A DNA stretch of 64,000 bases, taken from an uncultured Collinsella sp. (lineage in GTDB: Bacteria > Actinomycetota > Coriobacteriia > Coriobacteriales > Coriobacteriaceae). Position numbers and translations under genes: made by a program. Positions 12,823 to 23,541 of the stretch are shown here, piece after piece (positions within the stretch are counted from its first letter, which is position 1; every line of letters begins with the position of its first letter). Location: positions 1,748 through 65,747 of the forward strand of contig URHQ01000001.1 in NCBI GenBank assembly GCA_900547655.1, given 5' to 3'. A model generated the notes under the pieces. That model ran no database searches. It saw only the letters and a program-made list of their open reading frames with translations, and was not told where the DNA came from.

Positions 12823-13470
12823 TTACAGCGTGCCGTAGATGCGGTCGCCGGCGTCGCCCAGGCCGGGAACGATGTAGGCAGCTTCGTTGAGATGGTCGTC
12901 GATGGCGCAGGTATAGATATGCACATCGGGGTCCTTCTCAGTCAGCGACTTGAGGCCCTCGGGGGCCGCGACGATGCACAGCATGCGGATGTCCTTGACA
13001 CCGCGCTCGCGCAGGTAGCTGATGGCCATCTCGGCCGAACCGCCCGTGGCGAGCATGGGGTCGACGACCAGGCAGATGCGCTGGTCGATATCCTTGGGCA
13101 TCTTGCAGTAATACTCGTGCGGCTCGTGGGTGACCTCGTCGCGCTCCATGCCGATGTGGCCCACGCGAGCGGAGGGCACCAGGTCGAGGATGCCGTCGAC
13201 CATGCCAAGGCCCGCACGCAGGATGGGCACGATGGCGAGTTTCTTGCCGGCGAGCTGCTTAAACGTTGCGGTGGTGATAGGGGTCTCGACTTCGACGTCT
13301 TCCATGGGCAGGTCGCGCATGGCCTCGTAGCCGTCAAAAAGCGCGAGTTCGCGCACGAGCTGGCGGAACTGGTTGGTGCCGGTGTTTTTGTCGCGCAGGA
13401 TCGACAGCTTGTGCTGGACGAGCGGGTGATCGACAAGCGTCACACGGGACGTATCGTAGGTGACGGTCAT
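12823..13470 (-). CDS. upp: uracil phosphoribosyltransferase
   Basis: [25 protein letters not shown]. Confidence 0.97.
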   Translation of the reverse strand: MTVTYDTSRVTLVDHPLVQHKLSILRDKNTGTNQFRQLVRELALFDGYEAMRDLPMEDVEVETPITTATFKQLAGKKLAIVPILRAGLGMVDGILDLVPSARVGHIGMERDEVTHEPHEYYCKMPKDIDQRICLVVDPMLATGGSAEMAISYLRERGVKDIRMLCIVAAPEGLKSLTEKDPDVHIYTCAIDDHLNEAAYIVPGLGDAGDRIYGTL

Positions 13471-13593
13471 GGGTTGATTGCCCCTTTCGTTGCGGCCGCA
13501 AAACGGCCTTGCTGACAAGGCGCACAGCAATGTTGCCGCCGCACGCCATGCATAAGTTTAGCGGTTTGTTGTATCGAGCAGCCCATCGCAGCC

Positions 13594-15135
13594 CTACTGT
13601 GCGGTACTGAGCGAGCGCTTGACTGCATCACGCCAGCCCGCAAGGTTTTGCTCGCGACGCTCGGCGGACATATAGGGAAGGAAGGTCCTAACGATCTGGG
13701 CATTTTGCTCCAGCTCTTCAAGGTCTTCCCAATAGCCGACGGCAAGACCCGCCAAGTACGCGGCACCGATTGCCGTGGTCTCCACCGTCTCGCATTGCAG
13801 CACGGGGATATCCAGCAGGTCAGCCTGGAATTGCATGATGAACTCGTTGCGCGAGGCACCGCCATCGACAGACAGGCGCTCAATCGAAAGCCCCACGTCC
13901 TGCTCCATGGCGCGCAGCACGTCGTAGCTCTGATATGCCATGGATTCGCAGGCGGCACGTACGATGGTCGCACGGCTCGAGGCGCCGGTCAGACCGCACA
14001 CGATACCGCGGGCATGCGGGTCCCACCAGGGAGCACCCAAACCCGCAAAGGCGGGAACGAAGTAGCAGCCCTCGTTGTCGCTAATCGAAGCGGCGAGTTG
14101 TGCCGACTCGCTCACGCTCGAGATGATGCCCATGTTGTTGCGCAGCCAGTTCATGGTTGAGCCGGCGGCAAAGATAGAACCCTCGAGCGCATAGCTGATC
14201 TTGCCGTCCGCGGCGATACCGATCGTGGAGACCAGACCGTTCTTGGATTCGACGACCTCGTCGCCGGTGTTCATGAGCATAAAGCAACCCGTGCCATAGG
14301 TGTTTTTGGTCTGGCCGGGATGGAAGCAGCAGTGGCCGAACAGCGACGCCTGCTGATCGCCCGCCACGCCCATGATGGGCGGCATGTTGGTCATGATGTC
14401 GCTCGCGACGCGGCCGTAGTCGCCCGAGCTCCAACGAACCTCGGGCATCATGGAACGTGGAACGTCAAAGAGCGCCAGCAGGTCGTCGTCCCAATCGAGC
14501 GTATGGATATTAAAGAGCGCCGTGCGGCTGGCATTGGTGTAGTCGGTGGCAAAGACCTGACTGCCGGTGAGGTTGTAGATGAGCCAGGTGTCGATGGTGC
14601 CGAACATGAGGTCGCCCGCCGCCGCGCTCTCACGCGCACCGTCGACGTTGTCGAGGATCCACTGCACCTTGGAAGCCGAGAAATACGGATCGAGCGTGAG
14701 TCCCGTGCGGGAGCGCACCAGCTCTTCTGCGCCCCGCTCGACCAGCTCGTCGATCAGAGGTGCGGTGCGACGGCATTGCCACACGATGGCGTTATAGATG
14801 GGTTGGCCGCTTATGCGGTCCCACACCACCGTGGTCTCGCGCTGGTTGGAGATACCGATGGCGGCGATGCGGTCAGAATGGATGCCGCTCTTAAACTGGA
14901 CCTCCATCATCACGCCGATCTGGCTGGCAAGCACCTCCATGGGGTCTTGCTCTATCCAACCGGGACGCGGGAAGCTGGTTTTGACGCTACGACGTGCCTG
15001 CGCGACGATGCAGCCGTACTCGTCGACGATGGTCGCAAGTACCGAGGTGGTGCCGCAGTCGAGCGCCATGATGTAGGAACCGCCAAAGTTAAACGAGGCA
15101 TCTTCCATGCCCAGGCTGCCCAGATTCAACGACAT
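13594..15135 (-). CDS. glpK: glycerol kinase
   Basis: NQRETTVVWD, PYFSASK, GDQQA, KNTYGTGCF, VDGGAS. Confidence 0.92.
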   Translation of the reverse strand: MSLNLGSLGMEDASFNFGGSYIMALDCGTTSVLATIVDEYGCIVAQARRSVKTSFPRPGWIEQDPMEVLASQIGVMMEVQFKSGIHSDRIAAIGISNQRETTVVWDRISGQPIYNAIVWQCRRTAPLIDELVERGAEELVRSRTGLTLDPYFSASKVQWILDNVDGARESAAAGDLMFGTIDTWLIYNLTGSQVFATDYTNASRTALFNIHTLDWDDDLLALFDVPRSMMPEVRWSSGDYGRVASDIMTNMPPIMGVAGDQQASLFGHCCFHPGQTKNTYGTGCFMLMNTGDEVVESKNGLVSTIGIAADGKISYALEGSIFAAGSTMNWLRNNMGIISSVSESAQLAASISDNEGCYFVPAFAGLGAPWWDPHARGIVCGLTGASSRATIVRAACESMAYQSYDVLRAMEQDVGLSIERLSVDGGASRNEFIMQFQADLLDIPVLQCETVETTAIGAAYLAGLAVGYWEDLEELEQNAQIVRTFLPYMSAERREQNLAGWRDAVKRSLSTAQ

Positions 15136-15148
15136 CGCTTACACCTTT

Positions 15149-15892
15149 CTATTGCATCGGGTCGGACAGGACCCGTTCGATCTCTGATGCGGGAAGTGCG
15201 CCTTGGCGCAGGATCTGGAGCCCGCCGTGCTGGAACGACACGATGGTCGAGGCGTCGCGACACGGGGTCTCGCCGGCGTCGACGGCAACATCGACCCCCT
15301 CCAGGATGCGACCTTCGACGGCGGCAAAGCTTGCCGGCGAGGGCGCGCCGTGTGTGTTGGCGCTCGTGCAGGCAAGGGGACTGCCGCAGGCGCGGATGAG
15401 CGCTTGGACCACGGGAGAGGCCGAAGCGCGCAGGGCCACGGTGTCGTCGGCAGCACGCATAAAGGTCGGCACGCAGGGAGCCGCCTTGACCACGATAGTC
15501 AGGGCTCCCGGCCAGCATCGTCGCGCAAGTACGCGGGCATCTTCCGGGATATCCACGCCATAGCGGTCGAGCGCCTCGACGCCATCGACCAGCCAGGCGA
15601 CCGTTTGGGTGAGCTTGCGCTGCTTGAGGGTAAAGATGCGGCGGTAGCCAGTACCAAGCGCAGGGACCGCGGCGCCGTTAACGGTGGCATGCGGATCGCG
15701 CGGCCACAACAAGGATTCGCTTGTATCTTGGGGGACGGCATCGGAGAAGGCGTTGACTGCCACGGCGACACCGTAGACGGTCTCGGTCGGGATCAAGACC
15801 AGGCCGCCGCGGCCGAGCACCTCGGCCGCGCGCTCGACGGCAAGCCGATGCGGCTCGCGCGTTCCCTTGTATACCCGATAGACCGTCTGCAT
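15149..15892 (-). CDS. sua5: L-threonylcarbamoyladenylate synthase (Sua5/YrdC)
   Basis: PTETVYG, WPGALT, TSAN. Confidence 0.9.
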   Translation of the reverse strand: MQTVYRVYKGTREPHRLAVERAAEVLGRGGLVLIPTETVYGVAVAVNAFSDAVPQDTSESLLWPRDPHATVNGAAVPALGTGYRRIFTLKQRKLTQTVAWLVDGVEALDRYGVDIPEDARVLARRCWPGALTIVVKAAPCVPTFMRAADDTVALRASASPVVQALIRACGSPLACTSANTHGAPSPASFAAVEGRILEGVDVAVDAGETPCRDASTIVSFQHGGLQILRQGALPASEIERVLSDPMQ

Positions 15893-16026
15893 GTGTATGC
15901 CAGCCCCTTACGCTCTGGTGCAAGTTTGTTTACTGAGGGGCATTCTCGCACGAAACATTCAACCTATTTGCCCAGAGCGCATGTTGGTTTGGTGAGCGGC
16001 TTTAGTAGTCGGTGAAAGTGAGGGGG

Positions 16027-16473
16027 TTATTGAACTGCGACGAACTTCTTTGGCCTGCCGGCGTGGCGTTTTTGGGCGGCGTAGCGCTCGATGCTGTCTA
16101 TCGTTATCATCCGACGGCCGTCGACGAGTTCAACATCGAGCTTTCCGGCTTTGACCAGAGCGGTAATCCGTGGAGCGGAGACTTTGAGGTCCAGCGCTGC
16201 GTCTTTAAATGTTCGGCACGCCGCTTCCCGAGCGTCCTCGTGGTCGATTTCGACTGAAAGGGCCACGACCTCGGCCGAGTGTTCGTACCCTGCCGGAGTC
16301 AAACCGTTGTTGAGGTCGTCGGCCAAAAACGCCATCAGCGCCTCGGTGGCATGGGCAATCGCTTCTTCGCGTGTATCGCCATCGGCAAAGGCGCCGGGAA
16401 TCTGCGGGAAGCTGGCGCAGTAACCGTCGTCTTCTTTTATGAGAACGCAGTCATAGGTAAATCGCTGCCTCAT
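16027..16473 (-). CDS. hicB: HicB family antitoxin with C-terminal HTH
   Basis: Y..FPQIPGAFADGDTREEA; GGAGG RBS; directly downstream of hicA. Confidence 0.88.
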   Translation of the reverse strand: MRQRFTYDCVLIKEDDGYCASFPQIPGAFADGDTREEAIAHATEALMAFLADDLNNGLTPAGYEHSAEVVALSVEIDHEDAREAACRTFKDAALDLKVSAPRITALVKAGKLDVELVDGRRMITIDSIERYAAQKRHAGRPKKFVAVQ

Positions 16474-16484
16474 TTTGCCTCCAA

Positions 16485-16670
16485 CTACCATCCAGCTTGG
16501 CGACGAATACTTGCCCACGTGCCCTTCTTTGGTCGATCACCACCAGAGCCGTTCACGGTGACAACACGGTCACCAGAAACATACTTAGCATGACTACCGA
16601 CTTGCGCGACCTTCACGAATCCATCGTGCTTGAGTAGGGCAATGATTTCCCGAAAGGTAGGAGGTTGCAT
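16485..16670 (-). CDS. hicA: HicA family mRNA interferase toxin
   Basis: 61 aa basic protein; REII..L..DGF..GSHAKY..SIRRQAG. Confidence 0.88.
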   Translation of the reverse strand: MQPPTFREIIALLKHDGFVKVAQVGSHAKYVSGDRVVTVNGSGGDRPKKGTWASIRRQAGW

Positions 16671-16694
16671 GGGCCGACCTCTTTCGGCCGTCCT

Positions 16695-16716
16695 AATTAT
16701 AAACTACTTTATAATT
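16695..16716. promoter_or_regulatory. palindromic operator candidate upstream of hicAB
   Basis: aattataaa-ctac-tttataatt perfect 9-bp inverted repeat in an AT-rich promoter region. Confidence 0.55.
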
Positions 16717-16738
16717 TTTGCTAACCAGTTAATGAATA

Positions 16739-17989
16739 TTACTGACGCTGTTTGGGCTCGGTGACGATGGCTCGGACGATGCGGGGGCGATCGGTGAGGT
16801 CGCGGACGATGCGCACGTCCGAGAGACCCGCCTGGCGGCAGAGCTCGGCGGCGGCGTCGAGGGCACCCTCGTAGAGCTCGCAGGCAAACAGGCCGCCGGC
16901 GCGCAGCATGTAAGGCGCCGCATTGAGCAGGCGGCGGAAGATATCGAGGCCGTCGGCGCCGCCCTCAAGCGCCAGGTCGGGCTCGAAGTCCTTGACCTCG
17001 TGCGGCAGTGAGCGCATGACGTCGGTCGGAATGTAGGGCGGATTGGAGACAAGCACATCAAAGGTGCCCCACTCTTCGCGGGGAATGGAACTCACCAGGT
17101 TGGTGAGGCTAAAGGCGACCTCATCGGATGTGAGACCGAGCGCGTCGCGGTTTTTGGTGGCCAGATCGATAGCGCGCGGCTCGATATCGGTGGCGGTGCA
17201 GGTAACGTGGCCGCGGCGCTCCCAGGCAAGGGAAAGCGAGATGCAGCCCGTGCCGCAGCCGACCTCGAGAACGCGGGCGATGCGGGGCTCGGCTGGGGCA
17301 GGCGAAGCGGCATCCTGAGCTGAAGCCGTCTCCTGGTCGGCACCCTCGATGGCGATGCCGTATTCGTCGAGCTCGGACTCGGCGGCTTCCGCGACTTCGG
17401 CTTCTGCTGCCTGCGCGGCGGCTTCCTCGGCCTCGCGGTCGGCCAGCTCCTCGGCATAGGCACGGCTGCCGAGCACGTCGCTACCCAGCGCAGCCTCATC
17501 GGCGGCCGTCAGGTTGGCGGCACGGCGCTCGGCGGTCGCGCGTTCGTCTGCCAGCGCGGCCTCAGCCTTGCGTGCCTCCTCGACCTCATCGTTCCAAGGC
17601 AGCTTAACACGCTGACGGGCAGCAGCCTCGGGGCTCAGCACCTCGGCATCCAGATAATTGAGGACTTCCTCGACAAGCATCTCGGTCTCGGGACGCGGAA
17701 TGAGCACGCCGGGGGCGCACGTGACGTCGATCATGCGAAACTGCGTGCTGCCGGTGATGTACTGCAGCGGTTCACCTTTAGCGCGACGAACAACGGCCGC
17801 GTGCATGGTCTCGAGCTGAGCCGCGTTAAGCGTCTCGTCCATGCGCATATATAAGTCGATGCGTGCCAAACCCGTGGCAGCGCAGAGCAGCCACTCGGCA
17901 GAAAGACGGGGGTGCTCCTCGCCGCGCTCGGCCAGGTACTCCTTGGTCCACTCGAGACAACGCTTGATGGTCCAAATCTCGTTTGCCAT
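16739..17989 (-). CDS. prmC: release factor glutamine methyltransferase with long acidic insertion
   Basis: GEPLQYI, LIPRPETE, VLEVGCGTG, SNPPY; downstream of prfA. Confidence 0.92.
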   Translation of the reverse strand: MANEIWTIKRCLEWTKEYLAERGEEHPRLSAEWLLCAATGLARIDLYMRMDETLNAAQLETMHAAVVRRAKGEPLQYITGSTQFRMIDVTCAPGVLIPRPETEMLVEEVLNYLDAEVLSPEAAARQRVKLPWNDEVEEARKAEAALADERATAERRAANLTAADEAALGSDVLGSRAYAEELADREAEEAAAQAAEAEVAEAAESELDEYGIAIEGADQETASAQDAASPAPAEPRIARVLEVGCGTGCISLSLAWERRGHVTCTATDIEPRAIDLATKNRDALGLTSDEVAFSLTNLVSSIPREEWGTFDVLVSNPPYIPTDVMRSLPHEVKDFEPDLALEGGADGLDIFRRLLNAAPYMLRAGGLFACELYEGALDAAAELCRQAGLSDVRIVRDLTDRPRIVRAIVTEPKQRQ

Positions 17990-18369
17990 GGGGCCCTCCC
18001 CTCTTAAGCGCCGGACGGCGCGCGAATGTCGGAGCAGATTGTACGCGAGGGCGGCGCGCGGCAAGGGACGATTGGAAGCGATTATCGAGAATCAGCCCAG
18101 AATTTTGCTTGAATCGCAATCGAAGTGTTCATTCGTCGACGTCTAAATCTGCATTCGTCAAGCTTTTGACAAGGTTGCCCAAAACTGACCAATATCTAAC
18201 CAAGAACTTGCCACATCGCTTGACGCACGACCCATCAAAAATCGCCCCGCGACTTCTCGGACGCTTTTTCGAGCATTATTTTTAAAAATGATAAATAACT
18301 TTAAGCAGGTAAACAACTTAATTGTTATTAAAGAAGATTGAATAAACTCACAAAGCAATGTGCCCGACC

Positions 18370-18728
18370 TAGTCATTGGGGACGTTCTTATTTGACTAGT
18401 CGTTTAAGAACGTCCCCAATGACTACTAAGCCAGGAGTGTCCCAAACTGCCGGCAGAAAAGGAACGTCCCTAAGTGCCAACTAACCAATTGCCGTCTTCG
18501 GCAGCGATGGCAACGCCGCAGATAGAGGACGGACAGCGAGCGACGTCCAGAGCGAACAAGTTGGCATGAAAAAGGCAAGGCATAGACCTTCTGGTCATGC
18601 CTTGCCTTTTGAATGACAAATTGTCGCTCTGGGCGGCGCGCAGCGTCAGCTGGTCCGCCGTTCGTTAGAACGGCGGAACCTAAGGGCGCAGCGTCGAGCC
18701 GTTACGGCGTTTGGTAAAACGCCGTAAC
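18370..18728. repeat. modular intergenic repeat copy 2 (palindrome A + module C + hairpin D + extra hairpin + GGTA hairpin)
   Basis: Near-identical to 2786-3027 in modules C and D; abuts the prfA stop codon. Confidence 0.9.
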
Positions 18729-19796
18729 TTAAACTGCTTGTGCCAGCTTCTCGGCTCGCTCGGCGGCGGCAAGCGCCTCGATGACGGTGCCGAGCTGATC
18801 GCCCAGAAGGACGCCGTTGTAGGTGGAGTTGAAGCCGATACGGTGATCGGTCACGCGGTCCTGGGGCTGGTTGTAAGTACGGATCTTCTCGGAACGGTTG
18901 CCGTGGCCAATCTGGCTCTGGCGCTCGGCGCCGAGCTCGGCCTGCTGCTTCTCGAGCTCCATCTCGTACAGACGGGCACGCAGCATCTGCATGCAGACCT
19001 CGCGGTTCTGGATCTGGGAACGCTGCTCCTGCGACTGCACCACGGTGTTGGTGGGCAGGTGGGTGATGCGCACGGCGGAGTAGGTGGTGTTAACGCACTG
19101 ACCGCCAGGGCCGGAGGCGCAGTAGGTATCGATGCGCAGGTCGGACTGGTTGATCTGGACGTCGATCTCCTCGGCCTCGGGAAGCACGGCGACGGTTGCC
19201 GTGGAGGTCTGGATGCGACCCTGGGACTCGGTCTTGGGGACGCGCTGGACACGATGCACGCCGGACTCGTACTTCATGACGGAGTAGACGCGGTCGCCCT
19301 CGACCTTGAACTCAATGGACTTAAAGCCGCCGGCCTCGCTGGGGCTGGAGTCGAGCACGGTGGTCTTCCAGCCGCGCGACTCGCAGAAGCGCTGGTACAT
19401 CTTGTACAGGTCGCCGGCGAAGATGGCCGCCTCGTCGCCACCGGCGGCAGAGCGAATCTCGACGATGGTGTTCTTGTCGTCGTTGGGGTCGCTCGGAATG
19501 AGCATGTACTTAATGTCTTCCTCGAGCTGGGGAAGCTTGGCCTCGTTTTCGGAGATGTCCATCTGGAGCATCTCTTTCTCATCGGCATCGGTGGTATCGT
19601 GGAGCATTTCCTTGGCGGCCTCGATGTCATCGAGCGCGCCGATGTACTCGCGCGAGGCGGCGATGAGGTCGGACTGGTGCGCGTACTCCTTGTTGAGACG
19701 CGTGAACTCCTTGATATCGGAGGCGACGGCCGGGTCGGAGAGCTTCTTCTCGAGCTCCTCGTAGGCCTTGATGATCTTTTCGAGCTTGTCGCGCAT
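18729..19796 (-). CDS. prfA: peptide chain release factor 1
   Basis: GGQ motif, PxT (PKT), RSEKIRTYN. Confidence 0.97.
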   Translation of the reverse strand: MRDKLEKIIKAYEELEKKLSDPAVASDIKEFTRLNKEYAHQSDLIAASREYIGALDDIEAAKEMLHDTTDADEKEMLQMDISENEAKLPQLEEDIKYMLIPSDPNDDKNTIVEIRSAAGGDEAAIFAGDLYKMYQRFCESRGWKTTVLDSSPSEAGGFKSIEFKVEGDRVYSVMKYESGVHRVQRVPKTESQGRIQTSTATVAVLPEAEEIDVQINQSDLRIDTYCASGPGGQCVNTTYSAVRITHLPTNTVVQSQEQRSQIQNREVCMQMLRARLYEMELEKQQAELGAERQSQIGHGNRSEKIRTYNQPQDRVTDHRIGFNSTYNGVLLGDQLGTVIEALAAAERAEKLAQAV

Positions 19797-20008
19797 GGCG
19801 GGACTCCTTTATATGTGTGAAGGTGAAAATCGGCAGAGTTGATGGGGCGTGCGGCGCCACTGCGGGGGTAAGCCCGGCTAGAACATGTCGATCTTCAGAT
19901 ACATGCGCATCCCTTCGCGTATGGGGTACATAGTTGCGGTCTAACCCATACATGATAGCGTGCGCAGGCAAACCTGCATATAACCCGCACGGAATGAGTG
20001 GACGTAGC

Positions 20009-20085
20009 CGTTGGGGACGTTCCTTAACGACTAGTCGTTTAAGAACGTCCCCAACGACCAACAAAGGAGCTGTCGCTTTGTCGCA
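20009..20085. repeat. palindrome A followed by degenerate palindrome B
   Basis: cgttggggacgttc...gaacgtccccaacg, then acaaaggagctgtcgctttgtcgca. Confidence 0.8.
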
Positions 20086-20087
20086 TT

Positions 20088-21503
20088 CTAGAGCGTTTGG
20101 AGTAGAGCGACGAGGAAGCGGATGCCCTGGAGGTAGGCGCGGCGGGTGATGCGCTCGTTGGTGCCGTGGACGCCGTGATCACACTCGTCGTCATCAACCA
20201 CAAAGGCCGAGAAGCGAATGCACTCAGGGCAAATTTGTTGGTAGTTGGCAGCGTCGGTCGCACCGATCACGGTCGAGGGCACAATTGCCACTGGCTCGAA
20301 TGATCCGTTTTCCTCCGTCCCCTTTGGATCACGGAAATAGCGGGCGGCGATGGAGCGAACCGCCTCGAGGCCGGGACCACCGATGCGCGGGGACGGCGAG
20401 GGTTCGGAGCTGCCGGGGCCCAGCTCCACTTCGACACGACCGGCAAGGTCCGCCCCGGCAACCGCCTCACGGCAGCGCGCCACAACGTCGGCCACGCTCG
20501 TGCCCTCGAGCATGCGGAAGTTGATGTTGGCCCACATATCCTGCGGCATTACGTTGGCGCCGGTGCTGCCACCCTCGATCTGCGTGGGCGCGCAGGTGGT
20601 CGTCACCAGCGGATAGAGCTTCTTGCTGGCGAGGCAATCGCGGACAATGGCGCCCCCGTTGGCGGCAATTTCATCGGCCGTGTAGAGCCCCAACTCGACG
20701 AGCTGGGCGGCAAGCAAGTCGGTCACGTGCGTCGGCCACTCGATATCGCAGATTGCGGTGATGGCACGGCTGAGCACCTCGAGCGACGTGCCGCCGTAGG
20801 GGTTAGAAGAATGTCCACCCTCACTCTTCGTCTTGAGCACGATATCGGCATAGCCCTTCTCCGCGAGGTCGGCGTGCATGAGCCAGCCCTCGCCCGCGCT
20901 GTACTCGGCAGCCGAAACGATGCGGTAGTCGCCCTCGTCGATCAGGTACTCAAGCTCAATGCCGCGCTCCTCGAGCGCGCGGCCGATGGCGCCTGCACCG
21001 TACTGCGTTGTCTCCTCGTCCTGGCCAAAGGCCAGGAGCAGCGTGCGCTCGTGCTGCCAGCCGTGCGCCAGCGCATACTCGACAGCCTCGAGAATGCCTG
21101 CGACCTGGTCCTTCATGTCGATCGCGCCGCGGCCCCAGATATAGGTGTCGTCCACGTGCCCGCTAAAGGGTTCGTGCGTCCAGTCAGCCTCGGTGCCGGG
21201 TACCACAGGAACCACGTCCATGTGGCCCATGAGCATGACGGGTTTGAGGGCAGGGTCGGAACCGCTAAGTGTCACCAACAGCGAATGGTCGATAAGCTCG
21301 ACCTCGCCCGCCGCAAATACGTGCGGCCAGGCCTGCTGCATATAGGCGCGCAGGTCGTCGAAGGGCTGCCAGTCCACCGCCTCGGCATCCATGCTCGAGA
21401 TGGTCGGAAACGACAGCACGCGGCCCAAACGCTCGTACGCGCCTGCCTCGTCTATATCGGCAAAATCGTCCTCATGCGCAAAGAAGCGCCAAACCTCGGC
21501 CAT
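20088..21503 (-). CDS. M20/M25/M40 metallopeptidase (carboxypeptidase S-like)
   Basis: GHMDVVP, GRGAIDMK, DEET, GGHSS, GATDA, HGTNE. Confidence 0.9.
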   Translation of the reverse strand: MAEVWRFFAHEDDFADIDEAGAYERLGRVLSFPTISSMDAEAVDWQPFDDLRAYMQQAWPHVFAAGEVELIDHSLLVTLSGSDPALKPVMLMGHMDVVPVVPGTEADWTHEPFSGHVDDTYIWGRGAIDMKDQVAGILEAVEYALAHGWQHERTLLLAFGQDEETTQYGAGAIGRALEERGIELEYLIDEGDYRIVSAAEYSAGEGWLMHADLAEKGYADIVLKTKSEGGHSSNPYGGTSLEVLSRAITAICDIEWPTHVTDLLAAQLVELGLYTADEIAANGGAIVRDCLASKKLYPLVTTTCAPTQIEGGSTGANVMPQDMWANINFRMLEGTSVADVVARCREAVAGADLAGRVEVELGPGSSEPSPSPRIGGPGLEAVRSIAARYFRDPKGTEENGSFEPVAIVPSTVIGATDAANYQQICPECIRFSAFVVDDDECDHGVHGTNERITRRAYLQGIRFLVALLQTL

Positions 21504-21575
21504 GACATCCTTTCGATTGTGACGACAAAGGCCGCCCCACGGGAGCGGCCCTGCAACGCAAGAGTTTGCGGTCGG

Positions 21576-22361
21576 TTATTTGTCCTCGAGATAACGCGAG
21601 AGGAACTCGCGGGTGCGCTGGTGTTTGGGGTTGCCGAAGAGCTCGGCCGGCGCGGCGTCCTCGAGCACCACGCCCTTGTCCATAAAGACCACGCGGTCGG
21701 ACACCGTGCGGGCAAAGGCCATCTCGTGCGTGACGACGACCATGGTCATGCCGTCGGCAGCGAGCTTACGCATGACCTCGAGCACCTCGCCCACAATCTC
21801 GGGATCGAGTGCGGAGGTCGGCTCGTCGAACAGCATAATCTGCGGATTCATGCACAGGGCACGGGCGATGGCCACGCGCTGCTTTTGGCCGCCGGACAGA
21901 CGACCCACGGCGGCGTGCGCGAACTTTTCGAGCCCCACACTCGTCAGATGCTCCATCGCGACCTTCTCGGCCTCGGCCTTGCTCATCTTTTTGAGCGTGA
22001 CGGGCGCAAGCGTGCAGTTGTCGAGCACGTCCATGTTGTTGAACAGGTTAAAGCCCTGGAACACCATGCCGATGTCCTCGCGGAGTTTGTTAATGTTGCA
22101 GCGCTCGGCCGTAAGATCCTGGCCGTGGAACCAGATGTGGCCCGCATCCGGGGTCTCGAGCAGGTTGAGGCAGCGCAGGAAGGTCGACTTGCCCGAGCCC
22201 GAGGCGCCGATAATGGTGACGACCTCGCCGGGGTTAACGGACAGGTCGATGCCCTTGAGTACCTCGAGCGAGCCGAAGCTCTTGCGCAGGCCCTCGACGC
22301 GGATGAGCGGCTCATTGGTCTGTGCGGCGGCCGCAACGCCGGTAGTGGCGGTATCTGCCAT
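21576..22361 (-). CDS. polar amino acid ABC transporter ATP-binding protein
   Basis: [27 protein letters not shown]. Confidence 0.93.
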   Translation of the reverse strand: MADTATTGVAAAAQTNEPLIRVEGLRKSFGSLEVLKGIDLSVNPGEVVTIIGASGSGKSTFLRCLNLLETPDAGHIWFHGQDLTAERCNINKLREDIGMVFQGFNLFNNMDVLDNCTLAPVTLKKMSKAEAEKVAMEHLTSVGLEKFAHAAVGRLSGGQKQRVAIARALCMNPQIMLFDEPTSALDPEIVGEVLEVMRKLAADGMTMVVVTHEMAFARTVSDRVVFMDKGVVLEDAAPAELFGNPKHQRTREFLSRYLEDK

Positions 22362-22383
22362 GATGATTCTCCTCGTCTTAAGC

Positions 22384-23532
22384 CTAGTTAGAGCTGGGCA
22401 GCGTGGCCGGGGCCTCGGCGCCGAGCTTTTTGCCAAAGGCTTCGAGCAGGCGGCTCGCCACGAGCGTCAGGATCAGGTAGACCACGAGCGCCACGCAGTA
22501 GACTTCCATCTGGCGATAGTACACACCGGCGACGGTGGTGGTGGCGTACATGAGGTCGAACACGCCGATAACCGAGAGCACCGACGAATCCTTGATGTTG
22601 ATGATGAGCTCGTTGGTGAGCGCCGGAATCGCGTTTTTAATACCCTGGGGGAACACGACTTTGCGCATAGCCTGCCACTGCGACAAACCCAGCGAGCGTG
22701 CTGCCTCGGCCTGGCCGGGATCGATGGACTCGATGCCGCCGCGCAGGACCTCCATCATGTAGGCGGTGGAGTTGAGCGAGATGGTGACGAGGCCGGCGGT
22801 GAAGGTACTCCAAATCTGGTTGGCCTGAGCGGTCTCGAAGCCCATGCCGCGCAAAACGGTGAAGCCCGCGTAATAGATGAGCAGGCCCTGGACCATCATG
22901 GGCGTGCCGCGCACGATGGTGGAGTAGATGGTCGCAAAGCCGCGGCCGATACTCTTAAAGAAGCGCACCAGGTCGTTGTCTACGCGATCGAAGGTCTGAA
23001 TGCGCAGGAACACAAAGAGCAGCGCCAGGAAAAAGGCGATGACGGTACCGAAGGTCGCAAGTGCGATGGTGATCTCGATGCCGCGGATGAAGAAGTCGCC
23101 GCTCTTGTAGGTCATGTAGACCAGGCTCGACAAAAAGTCGCTGGGGTTGGAGTCCGAGACAATGCTCACTTGCACCAGGTCGATAAATGACATGACGCAG
23201 CGGTCCACGAAAAAGATCACCGCGATGGCGACCACGACGTAGCTGCCCAGGCGCGCGCCGCGACGGAAGCGCTCGGAAGCAAACGGCGACGTTTCGCGAT
23301 AGTCGTTCCAGTGCATGAGTTTGGTGACCAGCGCCGCCGCCGACACGACGAGCCAGGCCCAAAGAATCGCCCAAAGGCAATCCTGGAAGATACCGGTGGG
23401 CGCCAAGAAGCTCAGCGGCGTAGGATTGCGTTGGCTAAACGCCAGGCCGAGCGCCGCGACAACGCTCGTGCCCAGGTACACATAACGGTGGTCGGCCTTG
23501 ATAAAGGAGGCCAGACGATTGATGGTTTTCAT
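22384..23532 (-). CDS. polar amino acid ABC transporter permease
   Basis: [20 protein letters not shown]. Confidence 0.92.
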   Translation of the reverse strand: MKTINRLASFIKADHRYVYLGTSVVAALGLAFSQRNPTPLSFLAPTGIFQDCLWAILWAWLVVSAAALVTKLMHWNDYRETSPFASERFRRGARLGSYVVVAIAVIFFVDRCVMSFIDLVQVSIVSDSNPSDFLSSLVYMTYKSGDFFIRGIEITIALATFGTVIAFFLALLFVFLRIQTFDRVDNDLVRFFKSIGRGFATIYSTIVRGTPMMVQGLLIYYAGFTVLRGMGFETAQANQIWSTFTAGLVTISLNSTAYMMEVLRGGIESIDPGQAEAARSLGLSQWQAMRKVVFPQGIKNAIPALTNELIINIKDSSVLSVIGVFDLMYATTTVAGVYYRQMEVYCVALVVYLILTLVASRLLEAFGKKLGAEAPATLPSSN

Positions 23533-23541
23533 GCTGCCTCC

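Noticed and set aside
18120..18365. AT-rich stretch as a replication origin or phage remnant
   Set aside because: I saw no DnaA-box cluster, ORF or att features.
19800..20005. Possible riboswitch or small gene upstream of prfA
   Set aside because: Only short hairpins, with no recognisable aptamer or credible ORF.
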